Shown piece after piece: positions 38,834 to 50,000 of a stretch of DNA of 64,000 nucleotides; position 1 is the stretch's first letter, and each line of letters starts with the position of its first letter. The stretch is from Mobula birostris (Eukaryota): positions 87,315,921-87,379,920 of the forward strand of contig NC_092383.1 in the NCBI RefSeq assembly GCF_030028105.1, in the 5' to 3' direction. A program made the position numbers and the translations under genes. Below the pieces are notes generated by a model, which saw only the letters and a program-made list of their open reading frames with translations, was not told where the DNA came from and did not search any database.

Positions 38834-38887
38834 GAAATGGCCACGTTGGAAGAAAATGTCACTTATATAAATCTACTCCACGTTTGA
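38834..38887 (+). CDS. Terminal cytoplasmic exon: EMATLEENVTYINLLHV* with ITIM VTYINL; the ancestral frame continues to TAG 39041-39043
   Basis: ttttttatttcag acceptor, phase 0. TGA at 38885-38887 is followed in the same frame by NKAAQLTTNENGIVYADVKFK...NVTDTDIKFQTQCTKPK*. Confidence 0.8.
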   Translation, partial: EMATLEENVTYINLLHV

Positions 38888-40960
38888 AACAAAGCTGCCC
38901 AATTGACTACCAATGAAAATGGTATTGTGTATGCAGATGTGAAATTTAAAGTGAAATCAAGTGCAGTCCACTTCGTTATTGATGGGAACAATGTAACCGA
39001 TACAGATATCAAATTTCAAACACAATGCACAAAGCCAAAATAGAAAGCTTTCTCTCCTGCTACTGCAGAGAACTCAGAATAAGCTTGATAAAGAAATTAT
39101 GTGGATTGATTAAGGCAGAAGAGTTATATGCAGTGGCCACTTTATTAGGTACACCAGTACACCTGCTTGTTAATGCAAATACCTAATCTGCCAATCATGT
39201 GGCAGCAACTCGATACTTAAAAGCATGCGTGTTGGCCTGTTGTGCACTGAGAATGGTTCTTCTGCAGCCACTGTTGTAATGTGTGGTTATTTGAGTTACT
39301 GTCACTTTCCTGTCAGCTTGAACCAGTCTGACCATTGTCCACTAATGGACCTCTTTCTTTTCTGATCCTTCAGTTCTTCTGGAAGTCAGGAATGATGAGC
39401 AGAATTAATTCTAACGATCATTTATTTTGGAGTGCAAACAAATATACAAATGCTAAGCAAACTAAATAAGGAGCTGAAAAATGGTGCAAGGAGCTAAATG
39501 AATGGCAAAGAATGTGAAAACAAAATTGTGGCACCTCTGGAAAAAATCCATTATTTTTTATAGTGAAGATAAGGAAAGTTCCTTCGATAGAAATAAACTA
39601 GCTAATAGGCTACATAATTAAAACAATTACCTCATGAGTAATGTGCTAATATTTAGCCAATGAAAAATGAGGAAGCTGATAAACCATTAGTTTAATTGCT
39701 ATACCGCTTTCTGCCAGTCAGTGGCGACAAGCCAGCACATACGGTGAAAAATACATGAGTTTACTAAAAAGTACAAATCATATGAAAAGTATTATTTTTA
39801 AAAAGTCATGGTTTCCCACACCTCTGACTTCTCTCATTAACAAGGCATTGCATGCACAGAACTGCTACTCACTGGGTGAGACAACAGATTAATGCTGATG
39901 TTAAATTGTACTTAACGATGGCTTCAGGATACAATCAAGGGAGCCATTAAGTGGCTGTCTCCTGTATTAATGCAGCAGTGAGGACACCTTCAAAAGGCTA
40001 CAACCATCATTAAGAACCCCCTTCACCTGGAACATGCCCTCTCCTCATTGTTACCATCAAGAAGGAGGTGTAGGAGCCTGAAGACACACACTCAACATTT
40101 TAGAAACCGCTTCTTCCCCTCCACCATCAGATATCTAAATGGACTCTGATCCCATACACACAACTTCCTCTTTTTTTGCATTTGTTATTTAATATATTTT
40201 ACACACACACACCACACATACCTTTCTTTTTCATGACATAGGGCGGTGATATTAATTCTGATTCTGATTTCTTGCATTCAGTCCTCATCTCTCTAAGCCC
40301 TGCCCCTCCATATACCTATCCAAGTGCTTCTTAAATGGAACTTTTGTGCCTGCCTCAATCACTTTCTTGGGAAGATGCCATGACTCCAACCGATGCTGCC
40401 TTGTAGCTACACCCACTAATGGGTCAGGCCTGGGGACTGTCTGGAGCTGGTGTCCCTCTGGCAGTCCTACGTTGAGTTCAATGCTGATTGGCAACTCCTG
40501 TGATACCACTGGTGCAAAACTGTACCTGTCTCTGCCCTTTCTTTTCAGTCATCGGCTGTGGAGAGAGCAGGAGCCTGTTAGATGGGCAACAGCTTGCTCT
40601 CCATATTGTACTGGCTTTTTTTTAATCATATAGACACCTGGGACACAACATCTATGGTTGACATCTTGTGATGTTTTGTATTGTAAATTTCTGGAGACTT
40701 ACATAAATATTGCTGTGTTGCCTAATTTTGTAGATATTACTGTTGGTGCAATATATATCCTGTTCACGATCCATACAATTTCCATTTCCTCTTTTAATCC
40801 AGCATATTTCTGGTGTTTTTCCATTATTGACCTGTGTATGCTGTTTGTCATCGGAATGGCTTTATCTACTAATTAATTTGTTCTTGCTTGTTTATCCTGC
40901 AATATTACATCTGGATTGTTATTATGGATTGTCCTATCTGTAAAAATGGCTCAGTCATAA

Positions 40961-43900
40961 TATAACCATACAACAATTACAGCACGGAAACAGGCCATCT
41001 CGGCCCTTCTAGTCCATGCCGAACTCCTACTCTCACCTAGTCCCACCGACCTGCACTTGATCCATAACCCTCCATTCCTTTCCTGTCCATATATCTATCT
41101 AATTTAACTCTAAACGACATCAAACCTGCCTCAACCACTTCTGCTGGAAGCTCGTTCCACACAGCCACCACTCTCTGAGTAAAGAAGATCCCCCTCATGT
41201 TACCCCTAAACTTTTGCCCTTTAACTCTCAACTCATGTCCTCTTGTTTGAATTTCCCCCACTCTCAATGGAAAAAGCCTATTCACGTCAACTCGATCAAT
41301 GCTCATAATTTTAAACACCTCTGTCAAGTCCCTTCTCAACCTTCTACACTCCAAAGAATAGAGACCTAACTTGTTCAACCTTTCTCTGTAACTTAGGAGG
41401 TGAAACCCAGGCAACATTTTAGTAAACCTCCTCTGTACTCCCTCAATTTCATTGACATCTTTCCTATAATTCGGTGACCAGAACTGTACACAATACTCCA
41501 AATTTGGCCTTACCAATGCCTTATACAATTGCAACATTACATCCCAACTCCTATACTCAATGCTCTGATTGATAAAGGCCAGCATACCATAAGCTTTCTT
41601 CACCACCGATCCACATGAGATTCCACCTTCAGGGAACTATGCACCATTATTCCTAGATCCCTCTGTTCTACAGCATTCTTCAATGCCCTACCATTTACCA
41701 TGTATGTCCTATTTTGATTTGTCCTACCAAAATGTAGCATCTCACATTTTTCAGCATTAAACTCCATCTGCCATCTTTCAGCCCACTCTTCTAACTGGCC
41801 TAAATCTTTCTGCAAGCTTTGAAAACCTACTTCATTATCCACAACACCACCTATCTTAGTATCATCTGCATACTTACTAATCCAATTTACCACTCCATCA
41901 TCCAGATCATTAATATATATGACAAACAACATTGGACCCAGTACAGATCCCTGAGGCACACCGCTACACACCGTCCTCCAATCTGACACACAGTTATCCA
42001 CCACTACTCTCTGGCATCTCCCATCCAGCCACTGCTGAATCCATTTTACTACTTCGATATTAATGCCTAACGATGGAACCTTCCTAACTAACCTTCCATG
42101 TGGAACCTTGACAAAGGCCTTATTGAAGTCCATATAGACAACATCCACCACTTTACCCTCCTCAACTTTCTTAGTAACCTCATCAAAAAATTCAATGATT
42201 TGTCAAACATGACCTTCCACGCACAAATCCATGTTGACTGTTCCTAATCAGACCCTGCCTATCCAGATAATTACATATACCACCTCTAAGAATACTTTCC
42301 ATCAATTTACCCACCACTGCTGTCAAACTCGCAGGCCGATAATTGCTAGGTTTGCTCTTAGAACCCTTTTAAACAATGGAACCACATGAGCAATACGCCA
42401 ATCCTCCGGCACCAACCCTGTTTCTAATGACATTTGAAATATTTCTGTCAGAGCCCCTGCTATTTCCACACTAACTTCCCTCAAGGTTCTAGGGAATATC
42501 TTGTCTGGACCCGGAGACTTATCCACTTTTATATTCCTTAGAAGCGCAAGTACTTCCTCTTCTTTAATCGTCATCCTTTCCATAACTACCCTTCTTGTTT
42601 CCTTTACCTTACACAATTCAATATCCTTCTCCTTTGTGAATACCGAAGAAAAGAAATTGTTTGAAATCTCCCCCATCTCTTTTGGCTCCGCACATAGCTG
42701 TCCACTCTGATTCTCTAAGGGACCAATTTTACCCCTCACTATCCTTTTGCTATTTATATAATTGTAGAAACCCCTTGGATTTATTTTCACCTTACTTGCT
42801 AGAGCTGCCTTGTATCTTCTTTTACCTTTTCTAATTTCCTTCTTAAGATTCTTTTTACATTCTCTATACTCCTCGAGCACCTCATTAACTCTAAGCTGCC
42901 TATATTTATTGTAAATCCCTCTCTTTTTCTGAACCAAGTTTCCTATATCCCTTGAAAACCATGGCTCTCTCAAACTTTTAACCTTTCCTTTCAACCTAAC
43001 AGATCCCGTACCCTCAAAATTTCACCTTTAAATGACCTCCATTTCTCTATTACATCCTTCCCATAAAACAAATTGTCCCAATCCACTCCTTCTAAATCTT
43101 TTCGCATCTCCTGAAAGTTAACCTTTCTCCAATCAAAAATCTCAACCCTGGGTCCAGTCCTATCCTTCTCCATAATTACATTGAAACTAATGGTATTGTG
43201 ATCACTGGATCCGAAGTGCTCCCCAACACATACCTCCGTCACCTATCCTATCTCATTCCCTAACAGGAGATCCAACACTGCCCCTTCTCTAGTTGGTACC
43301 TCTATGTATTGCTGCAAAAAAACTATCTTGCACACATTTGACAAACTCCAAACCATCCAGCCCTTTTACAGATTGGGCTTCCCAGTCTATGTGTGGAAAA
43401 TTAAAATCTCCCACAATCACAACCTTGTGCTTACTACAAATATCTGCTATCTCCTTACAAATTTGCTCCTCCAGTTCTCGGTCCCCATTAGGTGGTCTAT
43501 AATACACCCCTATAAGCATCACTACACCTTTCCTATTTCTCAATTCCACCCAAATAGCCTCCCTGGATGAGTCCACTAATCTATCCTGCCAGAGGACCGC
43601 TGTTATATTTTCTCTGACAAGCAATGCAACACCTCCCCCTCTTGCCCCTCCTATTCTATCACACCTGAAGCAATGAAATCCTGGAATATTTAGTTGCCAA
43701 TCACACCTCTCCTGCAACCACGTTTCACTAATAGCTACAACATCATATTTCCAGGTGCCAATCCATGCTCTAAGCTCATCCACCTTTCTTACAATGCTCC
43801 TAGCATTAAAATAGATGCATTTAAGAAACTCTCCATCTCTTACTCTCTTTTTATCCTTAATGGAGCAAACAACTTTGTTATCTTTTTCTTCCTTGTCCCC

Positions 43901-44760
43901 TACATCTTTGGTCTGAGTGCTCTTAATCTCTGTCCCCAGCCTATCCTCCCTCACACACTGTCTACTAGCTTTTTCTATTTGTGAACTAACCTCCTCTCTC
44001 CTAGTCTCTTGATTCCCACCCCCCCAAACATTCTAGTTTAAAGTCACCTCAGTAGCCCTCGCACATCTCCCCGCCAGGATATTGGTCCCCCTAGGATTCA
44101 AGTGTAACCCGTCCTTTTTGTACAGGTCACACCTGCACCAAAAGAGGTCCCAATGATCCAAAAACTTGGATCCCTGCCCCCTGCTCCAATCCCTCAGCCA
44201 CGCATTTATCTTCCACCTCATTGTATTCCTACTCTCACTGTCGCATAGCACAGGCAATATTCCCGAGATTACTACCTTTGCGGTCCTTTTTCTCAACTCC
44301 CTTCTTGACTCTCTATATTCTCCTTTCAGGACCTCTCCCCTTTTCCTACCTATGTCATTGGTACCTATATGCACCACGACCTCTGGCTCCTCTCTCTCCC
44401 ACTTCAGGATATCTTGGACGTGATCAGAAATGTCCCGGACCCTGGCACCAGGGAGGCAAACTACCATCTGGGTCTCCGGACTGCGTCCACAGAATCGCCT
44501 ATCTGACCCCCTTACTATCAAGTCCCCTATTACAACTGCCCTCCTCTTCCTTTCCCTACCTTTCCGAGCTAAAGGCCGTACTCTGTGCCGGAGGCACGGC
44601 CACTGTTGCTTTCCCCAGGTAAGCTGTCCCCCCCAACAGCCACTGGGGTACTCTCTATTACCTGACTCTTCCTCTTCCCCCTCCAAGCCGTGACCCACTT
44701 GTCTGCCTCCCATGGCCCCGGTGTGATCATCTGCCTGTAACTCCTCTCTATCAACTCCTC
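40961..44760 (-). mobile_element. Near full-length CR1 LINE (ORF1 SGNH/esterase-like region, ORF2 APE endonuclease and RT) with an internal deletion near 42985
   Basis: ORF1 VVIGDLIVRGSDRRFCG...VVVHIGTNDIG; endonuclease IYFNARSIVRK, VAISETWL, GDFNFPHIDW; [34 protein letters not shown]. Confidence 0.95.
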
Positions 44761-45766
44761 AGTATAGTCAGTATATCAACTCCTCAGTATAGTCTGGGCT
44801 CCGACTCTAAAACTGAATCAGGCTTGTATTTATGCCAAACGAGTACATCAATATACAGTGGCATGCAAAAGTTTGGGCACCCCTGGTCAAAATTTCTGTT
44901 ATTGTGAATAGCTAAGCGAGTAAAAGATGACCTGATTTCCAAAAGGCATGAAGTTAAAGATGACACATTTCTTTAATCTTTTAAGCAAAATTACTTTTTT
45001 ATTTCCATCTTTTACAGTTTCAAAATAATAGAAAAGGAAAAGGGCCCGAAGCAAAAATTTGGGCACCCTGCATGGTCAGTACTTAGTAACACCCCTTTGG
45101 CAAATATCACAGCTTGTAAGTGCTTTTTGTAGCCAGCTAAATGTCCTTCAATTCTTGTTTGAGGGATTTTCACCCATTCTTCCTTGCAAAAGGCTTCTAG
45201 TTCTGTGAGATTCTTGGGCCGTCTTGCATGCACTGCTCTTTTGAGGTCTATCCACAGATTCACCGATGATGTTTTGGTCGGGTGACTGTGAGGGCCATGG
45301 CAAAACCTTTCAGCTTGCGCCTCTTAAGGTAGTCCATCTTGATTTTGAGGTGTGCTTAGGATCATTATCCTGTTGTAAAATCCATCCTCTTTTCATCTTC
45401 AGCTTTTTTACAGACGGTGTGATGTTTGCTTCCAGAATTTGCTGGTATTTAATTGAATTCATTCTTCCCTCTACCAGTGAAATGTTCCCTGTGCCACTAG
45501 CTGCAACACAAGCCCAAAGCATAATTGATCCACTCCCGTGCTTAACAGTTGGAGAGGTGTTCTTTTCATGAAATTCTGCACCCTTTTTTCTCCAAACATA
45601 CCTTTGCGTATTGCGGCCAAAAAGTTCTATTTTAACTTCATCAGTCCACAGGACTTGTTTTCAAAATGCATCAGGCTTGTTTAGTTGTTCCTTTGCAAAC
45701 TTCTCACCATGAATTTTGTGATCAGGATGCAGGAAAGGTTTTCTTCTGATGACTCTTCCATGAAGG

Positions 45767-47127
45767 TGTCACAGAGGTGTGCTGGGAACGGACCCAAATG
45801 TGAGACACAGACACTGAAGTTCAAGGAACAGGACTTGACTAGAGTAGGGATGTGACAGGATTTAGACCAGGAGCAGGGACAAGAATGCAGACTTGGGCTA
45901 GGGAAACCATGGACTAGGAGACAAGGCTTCGACTCCAAGCCCCAGACTGGACAAGGACCCAGAACCTGGGTCTTGCCTTGGGCTCAGACCCCAGAACCAG
46001 GCAAGGACATGACATGGCTTCAGGACAGGACGTAGCTGGGGTCTAGAGGCCGGAGATTGGAGACGGGCTGGGGTCTTTGCTCTTGAGGCTGGGGTCTTAG
46101 GTCTTGAGCTTGGCTGCAGGCTGGGGACTTCAGGCTTGTGTTCTTGGAGCTTGGCTTGAGATCCTCGAGTCTTGGGATCTTGGATCTTGAGCTTGGGATC
46201 CTTGAGGCTTGGGATCTTGGATCTTGAGCTTGGGATCCTTGAGGCTTGGGATCTTGGATCTTGAGCTTGGGATCCTCGAGGCTTGGGATCTTGGATCTTG
46301 AGCTTGGGATCCTCGAGGCTTGGGGCCTGGGATCTTGAGCTTGGCTGCTGGCTGGGGTCTCGGAATGTAGAGGCTGATAACTCGGAGGCTGGAGCTCAGA
46401 GACAGACTGTACATCAGCATAGAGCCAGGACTCATCTTTAGCATGACACTAACATGCGACTGGACAGAACATTGACATAGAGCTGGGACTCATCCATAGA
46501 CAAGCCGGGACTCAACTTTATCTCCACACCAAGGTGGCACAGGTCCACATGTTGGGTAACGGCAGAACGGCCAGACTTACCCAACAGAGGCCAAGACAAG
46601 ACAGATTTCCCTGCAGGGCAATGGCAGAGCGGCCTGGCTTATCCCACGGAGGTGAGGACAAGAAGAGACAAACACCAAAGAACAACAGACAGTTCCATCT
46701 CTGCTTCAGAGTAGCTCCAAGTCTCAGTTCAGCCAGCAACCTCAGCTAGCTATGGAAACAGCTGGATCCTTACCTAGTTTGGAGTGGCTGGCAGCCACTC
46801 AACTGGCCTGGGAAACAGCCGAATCCATACCACAAAGACAACTCCAACAAGTGACAACAAGGCTCCATGAAGCAGTGGTCCTCCAACCAGGCCTAGAGAT
46901 CACGAACGGTTTCACTAGCCTTCCATCAGCAGGTTGTTCCATGGGGGACTGACAAGATAAACCAGCAGCACAAACTCAACCCCAAGGCTATTTATATTCC
47001 AAGCCCCAAGATGGGAATCAGGTGCCTATGATTAACTCAAACGAGGGACAGCTGGAAGACCCGGAGTCCTGACTCCACGGACCGGACCATGAACCAGAAT
47101 GCGGACTTCACGGACCAGAGCATGACA
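45767..47127 (-). mobile_element. Solo-LTR-like element, copy 2 (1361 bp), inserted in the Tc1 transposase
   Basis: TGTCA...TGACA termini, perfect 5-bp TSD GAAGG (45762-45766 and 47128-47132); homologous to 26716-29390. Confidence 0.9.
46171..46345. repeat. 37-bp minisatellite, 4 units plus a partial, inside LTR copy 2
   Basis: Unit CTTGGGATCTTGGATCTTGAGCTTGGGATCCT(T/C)GAGG starting at 46171, 46208, 46245, 46282 and 46319. Confidence 0.85.
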
Positions 47128-47929
47128 GAAGGTTATATTTGTGCAGGTGTCGTTGCATAGTACTACAGTGCACCACCACTCCAGAGTCTGCTAAAGCTTC
47201 CTAAATTTCTTTTGCAGTCAAACAGGGGTTTTGATTTGCCTTTCTAGCAATCTTATGAGCAGTTCGCTCGGAAAGTTTTCTTGGTCTTCCAGACCTCAAC
47301 TTGACCTCTACCATTCCTATTAACTGCCATTTCTTAATTACATTACCAACTGAGGAAACAGCTACCTGAAAACACTTTGCTATCTTCTTACAGCCTTCTC
47401 CTGCTTTGTGGACATCAATTATTTTAATTTTCAGAGTGCTAAGCAGCTGCTTAGAGGAGCCCATGGCTGCTGATTGTTGGGACAAGGTTTGAGGAGTCAG
47501 GGTATTTATAAAGCTTTGAAATTTGCATAACCTGGCCTTTCCTAATGATGATTGTGAACAAGCCACAGCCCTAACAAGCTAATGCAGGTCTGAGAACTTG
47601 GTAAAATTTATCCGAGAGCTCAAATCTCTTGGGGTGCCCAAACTTTTGCATGGTGCTCTTTTCCTTTTTTTCCCACTCTAAAATTGGACAAAAAATACAC
47701 TAATCTTGCTTAAAATGTTGAAAAGAATGTTTCATCTTTAACTTTATGACTTTTGGTGATCAGTTCATCTTCTACTCAATTATTCACAGTAACAGAAATT
47801 TTGACTGGGGTGCCCAAACTTTTGCATGCCACTGTAGGTAAAGCAAAAGTGTTTAATGCCCTCGTTATATTTCTTCTGTTGAGCTCTGTTTGGCAGATTT
47901 CCTTAAGCCTTGAAGTAAATTCTGACAGA

Positions 47930-48720
47930 AGTTTTTCCTTTATCGCACTATGATCAATTTACTTTCCTTGTTGATACCCCAGATACTTACGTTTCATACT
48001 TATCGATTGGCTGTATTGTATCTTGCTGTTCTGTTTTGTATTCTATTAGTTCTTTTGCACATTTTTTAATGTTTAGTGTTCTGCATTTATCCAATCCAAA
48101 GTTCATGTTTATATCTTTCAAAAATCGTTCTACTGTTTGAATAAGTTTCTTCAGCTTAACTGTTGAAGGAGCATACAATTTCAAATTATCCATGTATAAA
48201 TGGTGTGTTAAAGTGTGCTCATCTCGTTGTTTCTGATTTCACACCCAATTTCCATCCAAATCAGTAAATTGGAGAGTGGGCATAAAGCTAGATATAACCA
48301 TAGTGAATCTAGAGAGTCGCCTTGGTTTACTTTGATAACAGTGGCTGTCCTTTTTTTGGTTGTTAATAGGGTGATTACAGTATGCCAATGCTACATCAGA
48401 TGTTGCAGGAATTTCACAAGTGAGTGGTGTGGTTTTTGTATATTAAAACTAATATTAACCATGAGTGTGTGATGAAGTCAAATGCCTTATGGTAGTCAAT
48501 GTAGCAAGATGAAAGATTTCTGCTTTTCCATTGGGCTTGATTTAGAATCATGGAATTGATTATCAGTTGTTCTTTACATCTTTTCATACCCCTATGGCAT
48601 CCTTTCTGCTCTTCTGTTACTATTGAAACCCCTTTGAACTGGACATGTCTGGAGATGCAGCTCATTAGACCCTCCCTAACAGCTATCAAACTCGGCCGTG
48701 AGAAAACCACCTTTACCAGG
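47930..48720 (-). mobile_element. Fragment of an R4/Dong-like (R2-group) non-LTR RT
   Basis: CKEQLIINS, YIDYHKAFDFITHSWL and MDNLKLYA...NFGLDKCRTL motifs. Confidence 0.7.
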
Positions 48721-48799
48721 TTCCGTATGTCTAGGGTAGAAGAAACTTGGGCCCTGCCAAACCTTTGAGGTTGGGATGTCCCGCCCATGTGAACCCCAG

Positions 48800-50000
48800 T
48801 TGGTGTGAATACTGTGTAATTTACTGACCCATTCAATCATCCGTTGGCAAGAAATAACAGATTATACGCTGAATACAATGACAAAGAATGTATATTTATG
48901 AATGTTAATTGAACTAAAAAGTGGTTAATTGAAAGAAACAAAATGGCCCATTATAATTAATTCAGATGTGCACAGTTTGGAGTTCAAATCTTCCAAAAGC
49001 TGATGTGTCCAATATACTTATAGGTTCTCATAGGTTTCTTCTCTCCTCATCACCCACTAAAAAAACCCTCGAACCACCTCAGTATCCATCACCAAAAACT
49101 TCTTTCTTTCTTTTTGTTACATACCCTGTGATGGGGATAAAGAAACCAGCAGAAATAGAAACTACTTTGGAGTCCAGTATTGCCATAAACTAATAACATT
49201 TATTAGTAACTACGCAATACAGTAATATAAAGGAAGATAAATCACACAGGTTAACAATGATTATATATATAAGTACGTAAATCAGTAAGTGTGGAAATAT
49301 ATGTATGAAAACCAAGCTTCTTTAAGTCTAGGGGTAAAAAGATACAGTCTTACGATGATGAGTAAAGTTCAGTTCAGTTCGTGGTATTTAGTTGAGTAGT
49401 GATGGAGAGAGAGAGAGATTGAGTTGAGTCTTCAGGTGAGCTGTTGCTGTCGATCTTCTTGTCATCCTCTTAAATCCTTCACAAGTCACCAACTGTGACC
49501 TTAACAAGGGGGACCAGTTTTCCTGTGGTGGAGCTATCACCCTGGCAAGGGTGGACACACAGACAACTCCCCACCAGTCAACCCCTTCTCCTTCACTGGA
49601 AGAGCAATTTGGATCAATCCGCCTGATCGATCCTCCAAAACCCACTTTCTCTGCGGGCACAACAATGCTCGTTCAGTATCCAGATCATGTGTCTGAGGTC
49701 TGTATCATCTGACCTCCTATTTTTCTCACCAGGCTGAGCATCACCTGTCATTCAAAGAGTCCTTCCTTCCTTTGTCTGTAAAGGATTGCGAGCAGGCAAC
49801 AAGTCCTTGGAGGTGACATCAATAATGTCCTGTTGATCACCATAGCAACCTTCGAGCTGCTCAGTTTTTATCTCCAAAGTAAAACTCCAAAGTTAACTCC
49901 CGTGTCAGTCCAACTGTCGATCTTCGTCTCTCTCTCCTTTCCAAACAAACCATCAATGATAAATGCCTCTCTCGGTCTCTCTTCAAACAGTTAACAGGGG
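48800..50000. mobile_element. Probable nested LTR-type fragments (unclassified)
   Basis: Non-coding, LTR-like composition including a TGTTACATACC start near 49117; boundaries and TSD not resolved. Confidence 0.35.

Larger units (their letters stand above)
10394..39043 (+). other. Span of an Ig-superfamily inhibitory receptor gene (CD300/pIgR-like V plus FCRL-like C2, MDIR-like) with internally duplicated, partly dead V-C2 modules
   Basis: Ten exons or pseudo-exons with AG...GT boundaries (GC donor in C2a) and compatible phases. Ig exons are 1-1, stalk 1-2, TM 2-1, cyt1 1-0, cyt2 starts in phase 0. No leader exon found upstream within the window. Confidence 0.8.
44856..47834 (-). mobile_element. 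Tc1-family (IR-DR type) DNA transposon, about 1.6 kb after removing the nested LTR
   Basis: TA|CAGTGGCATGCAAAAGTTTGGGCACCCC ... GGGGTGCCCAAACTTTTGCATGCCACTG|TA, with IRs of about 215 bp and inner direct repeats. Transposase motifs GRPRKLS, QQDNDPKH, NLWIDLKRAV. Confidence 0.95.

Noticed and set aside
38885-38890. Programmed stop-codon readthrough restoring ITIM2
   Set aside because: The context is TGA-AAC, not the leaky TGA-CTAG type, and the third motif has also lost its Tyr, which favours decay or truncation.
40658-40943. Hydrophobic short ORFs as an extra TM exon
   Set aside because: AT-rich low-complexity sequence with no basic stop-transfer residues and no convincing splice pair.
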